In this document: piece after piece, positions 13,193 through 24,270 of the stretch
Position numbering within the stretch: position 1 is the first letter of the stretch
How the letters are laid out: each line of letters opens with the position of its first letter
Program-made: the position numbers and the translations under genes
From: Malacoraja senta
Taxonomy: Eukaryota
Length of the DNA: 60,000 nucleotides
NCBI GenBank assembly: GCA_038087875.1
Contig: CM075988.1
Coordinates: forward strand, 15,440,001-15,500,000
Direction: 5' to 3'
The notes under the pieces: generated by a model
What the model saw: the letters and a program-made list of their open reading frames with translations, nothing else
Databases searched by the model: none
What the model was told of the DNA's origin: nothing

Positions 13193-15103
13193 CCACAATA
13201 TATTCATGGTAGTTGGCCACCATTTTGAGGTGATGTTATTGACTTTAGACTTTTTGTTTGATGCCTTCTAAGATGGAGAACTCCCACCCCTGCAGGTGTT
13301 TTGGTCTCAATAAATTTGAAGCTTGAACCAAAATGAGATGTAACTTGACTTACTGCCGGATTCTGCAATCCGTTCAGTTCAGTTAATCAGAAAACAGGAC
13401 TGTGTGGGAACCCCCAGCAATTAAAGATTAATCTCTCGGGAGCTGCTGCTATTAAAAAAAATGGAAGTAAATCAAGGGAATTTAAAAAGTGAAAATAAAA
13501 TGACCCAAATGTGTAGGGTCATTAATAGTGAAAAGTGTTTTACAAGAGGAAACCGGTATCAAAATTTTACACTGGCCATCGTGAAGTAATATTAGTTCAG
13601 AGATAAACAAAAGTTTAAAATATATATTTTATGAAGTGTCTTAAAGGAAGAGAGGGGGTGGAGGGATTTGAGGAATTTTGGATTTTGAAACCTTGAGGCA
13701 TGGGGAGAGGGAGTGATGGGGGTGGGATAGAGGTAAATGGTATGGGCAAGTGGCCAGAACGGGAGGAGAGATTGTTCATGTATGTGCGTGCTCAGGGGCT
13801 GCAGGAGCAAGATCACAGAGGGATGTGGAAGCAAGGATGTTGTTTTTAAAGCTGAGGTATAATGCTACATGGAACAATGTAGGCCAGTGAGCACAGGTGC
13901 AATAGGGTAAAGAGAGTCAGAAATGAGTTCATATACAGGCAGAAAAGTTCAATGAAACGATGAAAAATAATAGACTGCAGGTGTCAGAAATCTGAAGTAC
14001 AACCAGAAAATGCTGCAAACACACCCTCTATGGAGGGAGAAGTAGACTTTATGTTTCAGATCAAAGATGGTCTGAGTACCAGGAAAGGATAGAAGTCAAA
14101 TGTGTTTTCACTTGCAACTTTAAGCACATTTGTTGACCAACTGAACTTAGATCTGATGAAAGATCTAGGATTTGAAATGTTAACTTAGTTTTTCTCTCTC
14201 CACAGATGCTGCCTGAGCTGCATCTTGAAGTTTCCTACTAACTTTCACCAGCAATCTACTTCCCCATATGCCCATTAACTGCCTCCAGATTCTAGCACTC
14301 CACTACACACTACGGACATTTAATCTACCAAACTGCATGTCTTTGGGATGTGGGAGGAAACCACAGCACCGCACGGTTCCATGGAGAACGCGCAGACCAG
14401 GATCGTAAGAAGGAATGGATAATACATTAATGCATAAGCCTTCCAGTATTATGTTTGCAATGTTTTTGTGGGACACAAGAGATGGCATTGGTCTGGAAGG
14501 AGCCTGGAGATGACTCCTTAGGTTGGAGGGTACTTCAAGATCTCAGAGCCTGTTTGCCACAGATCTCAAAGCACTCCTGTCCTAAACCGAGCTCACTACT
14601 TGATGATTTCCCTCTGCCCTCTACCCCTCTCCTCCCTCACCCCCCTCTCCCTTCCTCAGGCACCTCTCCTACCATCTCCATCCCTTCTAATTCCTCTCTT
14701 CAGACTTGCTTTCATGCCCTCTCCATCTAAAACAGGTTCCGTTAAACCAACACTATCCTTCAGTTAGATCTTAATCTATAGCCCACTGCAGGCTCCATTA
14801 CTTGAGATTTGTTGAAATAAGTTTAAAGAGTTAGAAGCCAATGCTTGATTCGGAAATCGGGATGGAAACTGTACACCGCGGGGGATGTCGACTTGTGGCT
14901 TTGTGCGTGTTGTTGAGAAGCTGCACACAAGGCCGCAGTGGGTGAAGGCAGTTGTTTCTCTCCGTTTCCTGTTCGATGTTAAGCACTCCAGCAGCATTCA
15001 GCTGCGTGAGAGTCAGTCACACCGTTTGGGCCAGGCCCCAGTCTTCTGATTGCCTTCCATAGAAAAGGTAAAACAGCATCAGGACACCGTGACCCCCGTG
15101 GAT

Positions 15104-15167
15104 ATGGGAGCAAAGATGTTGTGGGCGCTCTCTGGAATCGTCATTGCTGCAACCTTGCAGTGGCTGG
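15104..15167 (+). CDS. CD3E: CD3E signal-peptide exon
   Basis: ATG, hydrophobic MGAKMLWALSGIVIAATLQWL, donor G|gtgagt, phase 1. Confidence 0.85.
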
Positions 15168-18100
15168 GTGAGTTCAACTTTCATTGAGCACGAGGCATAG
15201 GCAAAGTCTGTGCAGGGTTACAGATGTATTTTGTTAAGTGATATTTAAGCTTCGAGAGAGGGGATGTGGGGTCAAGCCACATGGAGGAGAAGTGCTGGAG
15301 GTATCTGCCTCGAGGGAGTGTTCCACCAACAGACAGACCATCTTTCCAGCGAAATACAAAACCAAGGCATTGATACTGCAGATGCTGTTTTACACAAAAG
15401 GACATAAAATGCTGGAGTAATTGAGTGGGTCAGGTAGCATCACTGTAGAATATGAATAGGTGACGTTTTGGGTTGGGACCCTGCTTCTTAGGGACCTGAA
15501 ATAAGAAGGGTTCCAACCAGAAATGTCACCTATCCATGTCCTCTAGAGATGCTGCCTGACCTGCCGAGTTACTCCAGCACTTTGTATCCTTTTGTTTTAC
15601 AAAGCCAAGGCTTCTGCACCCCTCTCATCACCATGTCGAAGTTGTCAAAGTGGCGCAGGTGGTAATGTTGCTAGCTCATAGCTCCAGTCTTCCCTTTGAG
15701 AGGTATTAAGGGATCTGGGGAACAGGCACAGAAGAGAAGATGAGGCTGGGATCAGGGCAAGCAGGATCATCTTGAATGGCCGAGTGGCCAACCCCTGCTG
15801 CAATTTCCATTCCATTACGATCCTGGTCTGCGCTTTCTCCATGGGACCGTACAGTGCTGTGGTTTCCTCCGACATCCCAAAGACATGCAGGATGTGGATT
15901 AAATGTTTGAATTAGATTGTCCGTAGTGTGTAGAGTGCTAGAATCTGGAGGCAGTTAATGGGCATATGGGGAAGTAGATTACCGGGGAAAGTTGGTGAGA
16001 AATGGGCTTTCTCCGCCAACCTGTAAAGACTTGGGGTAAAATTGCCTCCTCCAGCATATGGGGAGGCCGAGAGTTGTCCCGCTGTCCATATTTAGCCCCT
16101 GAGCAACAACAAAACCTGGAGGACATTAGATAAAAAAATAAGCATGGGTTTTACAGAGCTGTGGTAGAAGGCGAGTAGACCAGAGTTGAGAAGACATTAA
16201 AAAGATTAGCGGAGAACGTAGCTCTTCTAAGCTGCCGACCCTTTGATCCCAACACAATGGCAATTGGCTGCTGACAAGAATGACTTCTTGCTCTTTGGAC
16301 AAGTGACCATCTGGCTATTTGATTCTGTTTTCACCGTGCCCACAGGCAGAAAGTTCTTGATCAAACTACTCTCCGTGTACAAATGTTTTTCCTCATAACC
16401 CCTTGATTCTTTGCCGAAGTCATTGAATCTGTTTCACTTGTCCCTGAAGCATTTATTAATGGGCAGAATTTATGGATCTAATCATTTTGGTTTTTATATT
16501 CCAAAATTGATATCCATTTATTCAAAAATATTTAATTGAAAATATAACTAAGAACTTATTCTTCTGTTATTGCAAAGATGATATAACAGCAGATCATTTG
16601 GTCCACCAATAAATATAGGTGGCCATACTCCAGAGGTACCTCCTCCTGCGCTCCTGAATCCACGAGAATTGTTATTGGCTTCCATAACATTCAAGCACTT
16701 TTTATTTTGAACTCTGAAGGATGTTTAAGTATTAGCATTTCTTTTCTGAAAATATTCAAAAATACAAATATCTTTTGGATGGACAGGAAAGATTTAGATG
16801 GAGTTGAGCCAAATGTGAGCAAATGGGATGGGGCATCTTGGTCTGGTTGGATGAGTTGGGCAAAAGGGCCTGTTTCAGTGATGTATGACTCTATGACTTC
16901 AATTTTTGACAATTTGAACAAGAAACTTCATGGCAGTTTTACTGAGCGGCAACATTTGTTAACGTATTTTGTACATTTTACATTTCCTCTCTCAAAGGTG
17001 TCAAAGATTTAGATAATGTGTTGTGTTTCTTCAAGTCAATCCCTGGAGGGTTATAGTGGTTGTTGCTGAGTCCCTCAGGCCTATTCCCTCTCCCGAGCTC
17101 AATACGTATCGAGGTCGACCCTGATAGCACCCCAGTCCCGAAACACACCGACCAACACAAGCCCCCAACCAACACACGGCAACCAACACACGCCACCCAA
17201 CACGGCAGCTCAGTCCCAACAGCAGGCTCACCTTGACAGCACCCCATCCAATATGCACCCGAGCCGACAGAATCCGAACCAATGCTGTGCCCCATCCTTA
17301 AACCTCTACAAGTAGCACAGTAGGAATAGAAATTAATGTAGCTGAAAAAAATGAAAGGTTATAATTTTATTGAAAGATACATCTTGTGCTAGTCATTGTT
17401 CTTTTCTCTTTCCACAGGAGTTGCAGCAGAAACAGATAGTGAGTAAAATCTACTTTAAAATAGATTTTTAAAGTTAAACACCATAAATTGTTGATTTATG
17501 AGAAGACACTTTGGAAAATATTACTGTACTCATTCATAATTTTGGTTTTCTTTGGCAGCTCATGTGACCGTTGCAGGGACTACTGTCACTTTAACTTGTC
17601 CCTTGCTTGAACCAAGGAATCTTCAATGGTTTAAGAAGCCGAAATCAGGAACAGATTCAGATCTTAATAGCGATGAGTTAGACTATGTTATAAGCGAGTT
17701 CACCGATTCCAATAACGGCGAATATTATTGTAAGGATGGTACTTCCACATACAGCTTCTACATTCGAGCCAAAGGTAAATGATGATCATTGGAATGAAAT
17801 AAACAAGAGAATTAAAGTAACTCTCAAGTCAAGTCACTTTTATTTCTATAGCACATTTAAAAAACAACTCTCGTTGACCAAAGTGCTTTACATTGGTGGA
17901 GGTACTAACGTTACACAACTCTAAAGTGCTGTTGGTTTAAAAGTCTTTCCAGCAAAAACTGGCAGAATTTGGAAATCTGAAATAAAAATAGAAAGTACTG
18001 CAATACTCACAGACTATTTCCAGTGTCTGTAGAAACAAGGAACTGCAGATAGTGGTTTACAAAGAAAGCCACATAGTGCTGGAGTAACTCGGCGGGTCAG

Positions 18101-21100
18101 GCAACATGGACAGGTGACTTTTCAGGTTGAGACTCTTCTGAAGAAGGGTCTGAAGAAGTGTCCCAACCTGAAACATCACTTATCTATGTTCTCCAGAAAT
18201 GCTGCCTGACCAGTTGAGTTACTCCAGTGCTTTCTGTCTAATTCCAGTGTCTCCTGGTGTTAGTTCAGTTTAAGGGACTTGTTAAAAGGAACAAATTCAC
18301 AATTTAATCCTCAGTCACAACCAGCCTCTATTAATTTGCCTCACACATTTCCGTTGACCTATTCCCCACTCTGCCTATGACATCTTGTTTCCCTCACTCT
18401 GTACTCAGCCGAGTGATGGTGTTGATGCACGTGGGAACCCTGTCGTGAAGGTAAGCTCGATGGCATGCGGATGTATGGAATTGGACATCAACTCCAGAGG
18501 CCAGATGCCAGGTGCTTTTTTTCTGCGGTGTCAGTGCAGTGAGATTCTACATATCTGAGGGTGTTGTTGAAATCTGCTAATATGAGGCACCATTTGTATT
18601 TGTAGTTTGCGTGTTCTGAATGCTGGATTGCTTCTCCTTCCCCCACAGTTTGTCAAGGCTGCATTGAACTCAACACAGGGATGGTCATCGGTATCATCTG
18701 TGGCGATCTGTTCTTCACTCTCCTGGTGGCTGGGCTTGTCTACTGGTTTGCCAAGCAAAGAGGAGCAGCTGCCAAAGGTTGGATTTGCCTTCACTGTGCA
18801 CTCAAGTAATAAAGATGTGTATGAAGGGACTGTGGATAGATGCTGGTTTAAACTGAAGATAGACACAAAATGCTGGAGTAACTCAGCAGGGCAGACGGCA
18901 TCTCTGGAGAAATGCTGGAGAATTTCTCCACTGATGCTGCCTGTTCCGCTGAGTTGCTCCAGCATTTTGTGTCTATCTTCAAATAATAAATATGTTGAGG
19001 TTACCTTAGTGGTTTGGGAAACACAACACATGCATTCAAAACCTCCATGGTGTTCCACAGCAGTAGCCAGCGTTAGAGTTGCTGCCTTACAGTGCCAGAG
19101 ACCCGGGTTCGATCCTGACTACGGGTGCTGTCTGTATGGAGTTTGTACATTCTCCCTGTGACCGCATGGGTTTTCTCCGGGTGCTCCGATTTCCTCCCAC
19201 ACTCCAAAGACGTACAGATTTGTTGGTTAACTGGCTTCGGTAAAATTGTAAATTGTCCCTAATGTGTAGGATAGTGCTAGTGTAGGGGGTGATCGCTGGT
19301 CGGCGTGGACTCAGTGGGCTGAAGGGCCTGTTTCAGTGCTGTGTCTCTAAAGTCTAAAGCAGGGGTGGGGAACCTGCGGCATGCGGCCTTCTAGGCCATT
19401 AAGTGCGGCCTTTTGAATGAATCCAATATTTGTAGAACAAATCCTTTTATTTTTATTATATGTTTTTGTTCGTCTTTTATTATTTTCATTTTAATCTTAA
19501 AATGAACGTATTTAAAATACCAAAGAGTAAAAGATTCAACAAAATAATCCTCCCCGACTGACGGCCACAATTAAAACATTAGTAAGTCATGAGGGCTATT
19601 TTAACAAAATAATGTACATTTTGAAGTATATCTAGTTGAAGTTTCTTGGATGCAGCATTATTAGATTGCAGCTAATTTGATGCGGCATTCCGACCTGAAA
19701 AGGTTCCCCACCCCTGGTCTAAAGTCTAAACTGGAAAATAAGGTGGAAATTCAGCACCAGTCTCAGTGGAAGTGAATATGCGGTTATCAACACGTTGTGA
19801 AAAGCCTGACTGGTTCTTCCCTAACTTGAAGGGAAAACATTGGCCTTCCTTTTCTCTTCAGGGCCTAAATGTATCTCCAGTCTACAGCAGCACAACTGCC
19901 TTGTGGATTGAACCAACAATATCCTAATGTAATAAAAAGGGAACTGCAGATGGTGGTTCATACCAAAGACAGACACAAAATGCTGGAGTAATTCAGCGGA
20001 TCAAGCTGGAGAAAATGGATAGGTGATATTTTGGGTCAGGACCCTTCGTCAGACTGATCAATATTAGACTGGACTTTGTATCTAACCTAAACTGCACCTA
20101 TCTGAAAATGGACACAAAAGTCACTGGAGTAACTCAGCTGGTCTCTGGAGAAAAGGAATAGTTGACGTTTCGGGCCGAGACCTATCTTCAATCTGAAGAA
20201 TGGTCTCAACCCGAAACGTTACCTATTCCTTTTCTCCAGAGATGCTGCGGAACAGTCCCAGATAGGTGTATAGGAAGGAACTGCAGATGCTGAAGATAGA
20301 CAAAATGCAAAAGTAATACAAGCTGTATTACAGCATCTGCAGTTCCTTCCTATACACCTATCTGGGACTGTTTAATGGGATTGAGTAAAGAGAGCTTTAC
20401 TGTTGTAGTGTGACATGTGCAGAAGAGCCCTGGAAGTGTTTGATGCAACGTTGTAGAGGAAGCTTTAGTACCTACATCTAACCTATGAGTAGTTTAGTTT
20501 ATTGTCACGTGTACTGAGGTACAGTGAAAAACATTTTTGTTGTGTGCTATCCAGTCAGCGGAAAGACTATACATAATACAAGGTAGACAAAAGTGCTGGA
20601 GAAACTCAGCGGGTGCGGCAGCATCTATGGAGTGAAGGAAATAGGCAACGTTGCCTATTTCTTTCGCTCCATAGATGTTGCCGCACCCGCTGAGTTTCTC
20701 CAGCACTTTTGTCTACCTTCGATTTTCCAACATCTGCAGTTCCTTCTTAAATACATAATACAATCAAGCCGTCCACAGTGTACAGACACAGGAAAAAAGG
20801 AATAACATTTAGCGCAAGATAAAGTCCAGTAAAGTCCGATTAAGGATAGTCCGAGGGTTTCCAATGAGATAGCTGCTAGGTCAGGACCGCTCTCGAGTTG
20901 GTGATAGGATGGTTCAGTTGCCTGATAACAGCTGGAAAGAAACTGTCCATGAAAGCTGAGGGTGTGTTTGTCTTTGGAGTGCGGATGGAAATTTAATCTG
21001 TGTCTACCCTGCAATATTCCTGAACTGGGAATGTCTGACAGGGACACTGAGGAAGGAACTTTAACCTGTATCCTATCTATGTAGCAGCTGTTCTAGGAGG

Positions 21101-22665
21101 GTCTTGAAGGAACACTGTAGATGCCAGTTGTCTGTTTTTCTTGCCAGTACAAGCATTGCCTCCTTATAATTACTATTCTTCTGTTTTCCCGTCCAGATTT
21201 CCGTCCACTTGAACCTGTCTATCCACCGAGTCGCCCACCAGCCACGGCTCCGGCACATCAGAGTGAATACGCGGTAAAGTCTTACAAATGAACCTATCCT
21301 CCCTTCATGGTGAAGGTCATTGGTGTACCTGGTTATTTATCAACTCCATTTGAGGGCACTGGCTTTAAAACATATCTGGTGGAACTCCACACCATATCTT
21401 ATATGATGGATACTCAACAAGACTCCATCTATCTCCCCTGGTCAAACCCATTCCATGCTATGGTTTTAGTCTGTTGAACTCAGTATCCTTGGCTCAACGA
21501 GTAGCATTCTTGCTTCTGAATCAGAAGGCTTTGGGTTCACGTCTCCACTCTTAAGACCAAAGCTCTTGGTGGATACAACTGTGCAGTCCCAAGTGAACAG
21601 TGCACTATCCTTGGGGCAGATACTGGCCTAATACTAGAATGTCAAGTGGTAATGAAGTCTGTGCTGTCTGCAGGTCACCACCAAGATGGCATTATACACT
21701 CAGGGAACAGTCCAGAGGGAGCACTGCACTCAGGAGAAGGGGGTAGTCATGGGTAGTACTGATGGGCTCTACACAATTAGAAGGCCATCACTGAAGGAGC
21801 GCTGCACACCTCAGGTGGCTGTTCTAAGGGAGCATTAAGATCTTGAAGCGACCATACTTCCTAAAAAATGCTGAATATTCGACATGGCCCCATCTGCCCT
21901 CCAAGATGGGTGTAGAGGTTTCCATGGTAATATCCATGAGAGAGCTGAGCAATTCTCCCTGCTGCCCTTGATGATATTTATCCTGCATGCAAAATGATTA
22001 AAACGGATTAGCTGGTCATTTTCTCATTGCTATATTTTAGTATCATGCTTTGCAAAATTCAACCTCAACCTTGACTCCACTAATTGCCTGATGGGGTGGA
22101 TACCAATGCAGCACAAGGCCTCAAATGTAAATTAATTATGGTCAATGGGAAAGTGGCAGAGATTTGGGAAATGAAGTTAACTAGATTGCTCCACTAATGA
22201 AATGACATCGACAATATGAGCTGAATGGCCTCTTTTATGTTGAAATGTTCTGTGAGCATGACCTTGTCTCTTGCTCTCCCTTATCTGCCTTCCCGTCAGT
22301 TATTCCCTCCCTACTGTACCTTCCCTCTCCTCCACCTCTCCCTCCCATCTTTCCCAATCGCTCCATATCTTCCTTCCCTTCTTACACACACCCCCCACTT
22401 TTTTCCCTCTCCTCCTTCCCATTCCCTCCCCACTTTTCCTAACTCCTGCTCTCACCTTTCCCTGTCATTCCTTAACCTCCCACTTTTTCTTCCCTCTTCT
22501 CTCTATTCAGCCGTCGCCACACTGTGTTTGCTGCCATGTTTCCAATCACTGTTTATTTAAAATGTTCTTCATAAAGTTGATTCCCGATTTTGATTTGATC
22601 TTTCTGTCTTTCAGCCAATCAAAGGTGCACAACGGGACGTTTATGACAAGTTGCAAAGACGTTGA
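15104..22665 (+). CDS. CD3E: T-cell surface glycoprotein CD3 epsilon chain, 6 coding exons (15104-15167, 17418-17438, 17559-17774, 18649-18777, 21197-21273, 22615-22665), 185 aa
   Basis: All introns GT-AG with compatible phases (1,1,1,1,0). Spliced protein: MGAKMLWALSGIVIAATLQWL-GVAAETD-THVTVAGTTVTLTCPLLEPRNLQWFKK...NNGEYYCKDGTSTYSFYIRAK-VCQGCIELNTGMVIGIICGDLFFTLLVAGLVYWFAKQRGAAAK-DFRPLEPVYPPSRPPATAPAHQSEYA-PIKGAQRDVYDKLQRR*. Signal peptide, Ig domain, CxxCxE stalk, TM Asp and ITAM YAPI-x7-YDKL. Confidence 0.95.
17418..17438 (+). CDS. CD3E: CD3E 21-nt micro-exon (GVAAETD)
   Basis: ttttctctttccacag|...|gtgagt, phase 1-1. Confidence 0.85.
17559..17774 (+). CDS. CD3E: CD3E Ig-domain exon
   Basis: VTLTC..LQWFK..GEYYC..FYIRAK; acceptor tttggcag, donor gtaaat; matches ORF 17552-17782. 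Confidence 0.95.
18649..18777 (+). CDS. CD3E: CD3E stalk/transmembrane exon
   Basis: CQGCIEL stalk, TM with GDLFFT, YWFAK; acceptor ccccacag, donor gttgga. Confidence 0.93.
19075..19351 (+). mobile_element. V-SINE in CD3E intron 4
   Basis: SINE consensus with CTAAAGT tail. Confidence 0.85.
19360..19716. mobile_element. hAT (Charlie-like) MITE, 357 bp
   Basis: TIR CAGGGGTGGGGAACCT / AGGTTCCCCACCCCTG, perfect 8-bp TSD GTCTAAAG. Confidence 0.9.
20582..20750. mobile_element. Penelope-derived palindromic unit
   Basis: Palindrome centred on GGCAACGTTGCC, 13-bp flanking duplication ATACATAATACAA. Confidence 0.75.
21197..21273 (+). CDS. CD3E: CD3E cytoplasmic exon (Pro-rich segment, first ITAM Tyr)
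   Basis: acceptor ttttcccgtccag, donor gtaaag, phase 1-0; DFRPLEPVYPPSRPPATAPAHQSEYA. Confidence 0.88.
22615..22665 (+). CDS. CD3E: CD3E last coding exon (rest of ITAM, stop)
   Basis: acceptor tctgtctttcag; PIKGAQRDVYDKLQRR*. Confidence 0.92.
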   Translation, partial: PIKGAQRDVYDKLQRR

Positions 22666-22976
22666 CTCCAAAGACATTTAAAGAAATTGAGTCTCCTTTT
22701 CTCTATTGCCGGTATTCCTGTACTCTCATCCCTTCAGTAGCTGGGGTACATTTCAGCTGTCCCACTGCCCTTTGGTACACAAGTGCCTGTTCGTACGACT
22801 GTCAATATTGGGGACATCACTAATGGCTGGATTTCTTCTCAACAATTCAAAATGATGCTGGCGACTTTTAACCGGTCCACAAATCTGCTGTTACTGTCTC
22901 TGCTCTATGGGAGATTTTTAGTTTCACCAGCTTCCCTGAAATCCCTCATCCCTGTAAAAATTCCTCTGGGGCCCTT

Positions 22977-23171
22977 CCTGTCCCACCGGCGTCATTTGCG
23001 CGTCACAGAGGATTTTGAGCATCTCAAAATCCTGGGGCGCCGTGCGCTACCGCGCGTCACTGCACACGCTACCACGCCTCACCACGCGCCATGCACGCCA
23101 TGCGCGCGCCAATAAATTTTTAGGATGTCGCATAAATGACGCGCAAATGGCACCCAAGTGGGACAGGCCCT
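22977..23171. mobile_element. PIF/Harbinger-type MITE in probable CD3E 3'UTR
   Basis: CCTGTCCCAC ... GTGGGACAGGCCCT termini. Confidence 0.75.
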
Positions 23172-23648
23172 TTAGCCTTCATAATCTTGTAGTGGGATGA
23201 CCAGAACTGAACACGATACCACAGATAAGGCCTGACTAACATTTTATAATGGTGTGGTCTTATTACCTTGCTTTTGTGCTTTGTGGCACTGCTTATAAAT
23301 AAAGGATGCCATTGCCGTTTTCGTTAATGGCCTTTGCTGGAGAAAGAATAATGTGGGCATCCGTCTGAGGATAATTGAAGTTTCTTTCTCAGAGGTGTTT
23401 CGCCTTCGCTGGATCTTGCAAGCTCATTGCTTGCACCATGGGCTTAGCTCACACTTCAGCCCAGTTAGAATCTATGCCATTTTTAAACTAGTCCTTAAAT
23501 GCATATTGTACCCAGCTGCTTAATGTAACCCCCAGGTCCCTTATTTAAATGTGTCTCTCCATAATCAGGTTACACAATTCTAGTACATTGTGCTATGTGT
23601 CAGTGACAGTGTCACTATTGGTCATTTTGTTCCATGTTTTATAGTTTT

Positions 23649-23654
23649 AATAAA
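23649..23654 (+). terminator. Candidate CD3E polyadenylation signal
   Basis: AATAAA followed ~25 nt later by GT/T-rich ttgtgtttattgttg; alternative AATAAA at 23111 and 23298. Confidence 0.5.
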
Positions 23655-23926
23655 GGTAAAGTTCAAATCTATAAAATTGTGTTTATTGTTGAACGAGGTT
23701 AAGGGTCCCGATCCGAAAAATCGCCTATCCATGTTCTCCAGCGATTCTGCCTGACCCGTAAGTTACCCAGCATTGTGTGTCTTTTTTGTAAACCAGCATC
23801 TGCAGCTCCTTGTGAATGAGATTATTTGAGTGTTGGGTAATGCTAGTCCCCAAATAGAGGAACACCAGCCACCTCCCCTGGGGATTCATGGACACCATAT
23901 TTATTTCACATCTTGGGGTCAGCTTT

Positions 23927-24270
23927 GAAACATAGAAACATGGAAAATAGGTGCAGGAGGAGGTCATTTGGCCCTTGGAGCCAGCACCGCCATTCATTGT
24001 GATCATGGCTGATCATCCGCCATCAGTAACCCGTGCCTGCCTTCTCCTCAAATCCCTTGATTCCGCTAGCCCCGAGAGCTCTAGCTAACTCTTAAATTCA
24101 TCCAATGAATTGGCCTCCACTGCCTTCTGTGGCAGAGAATTCCACAAATTCACAACTCTCTGGGTGAAAAAGTGTTTTTCATCTCAGTTTTAAATGGCCT
24201 CCCCTTTATTCTTAGACTGGCCCCTGGTTCTGGACTCCCCCAACATTGCTGCATCTACCTTGTCCAGTCC
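23927..24270 (-). mobile_element. CR1 LINE 3' end
   Basis: GAAACATA tail repeats; near-identical to 10802-11160. Confidence 0.85.

Noticed and set aside
17040..17300. CA-rich low-complexity insert in CD3E intron 1
   Set aside because: Probably a retroelement remnant; cannot be classified from sequence alone
18607..19161. 184-aa plus-strand ORF
   Set aside because: Wrong frame over the CD3E TM exon, then reads through repeats
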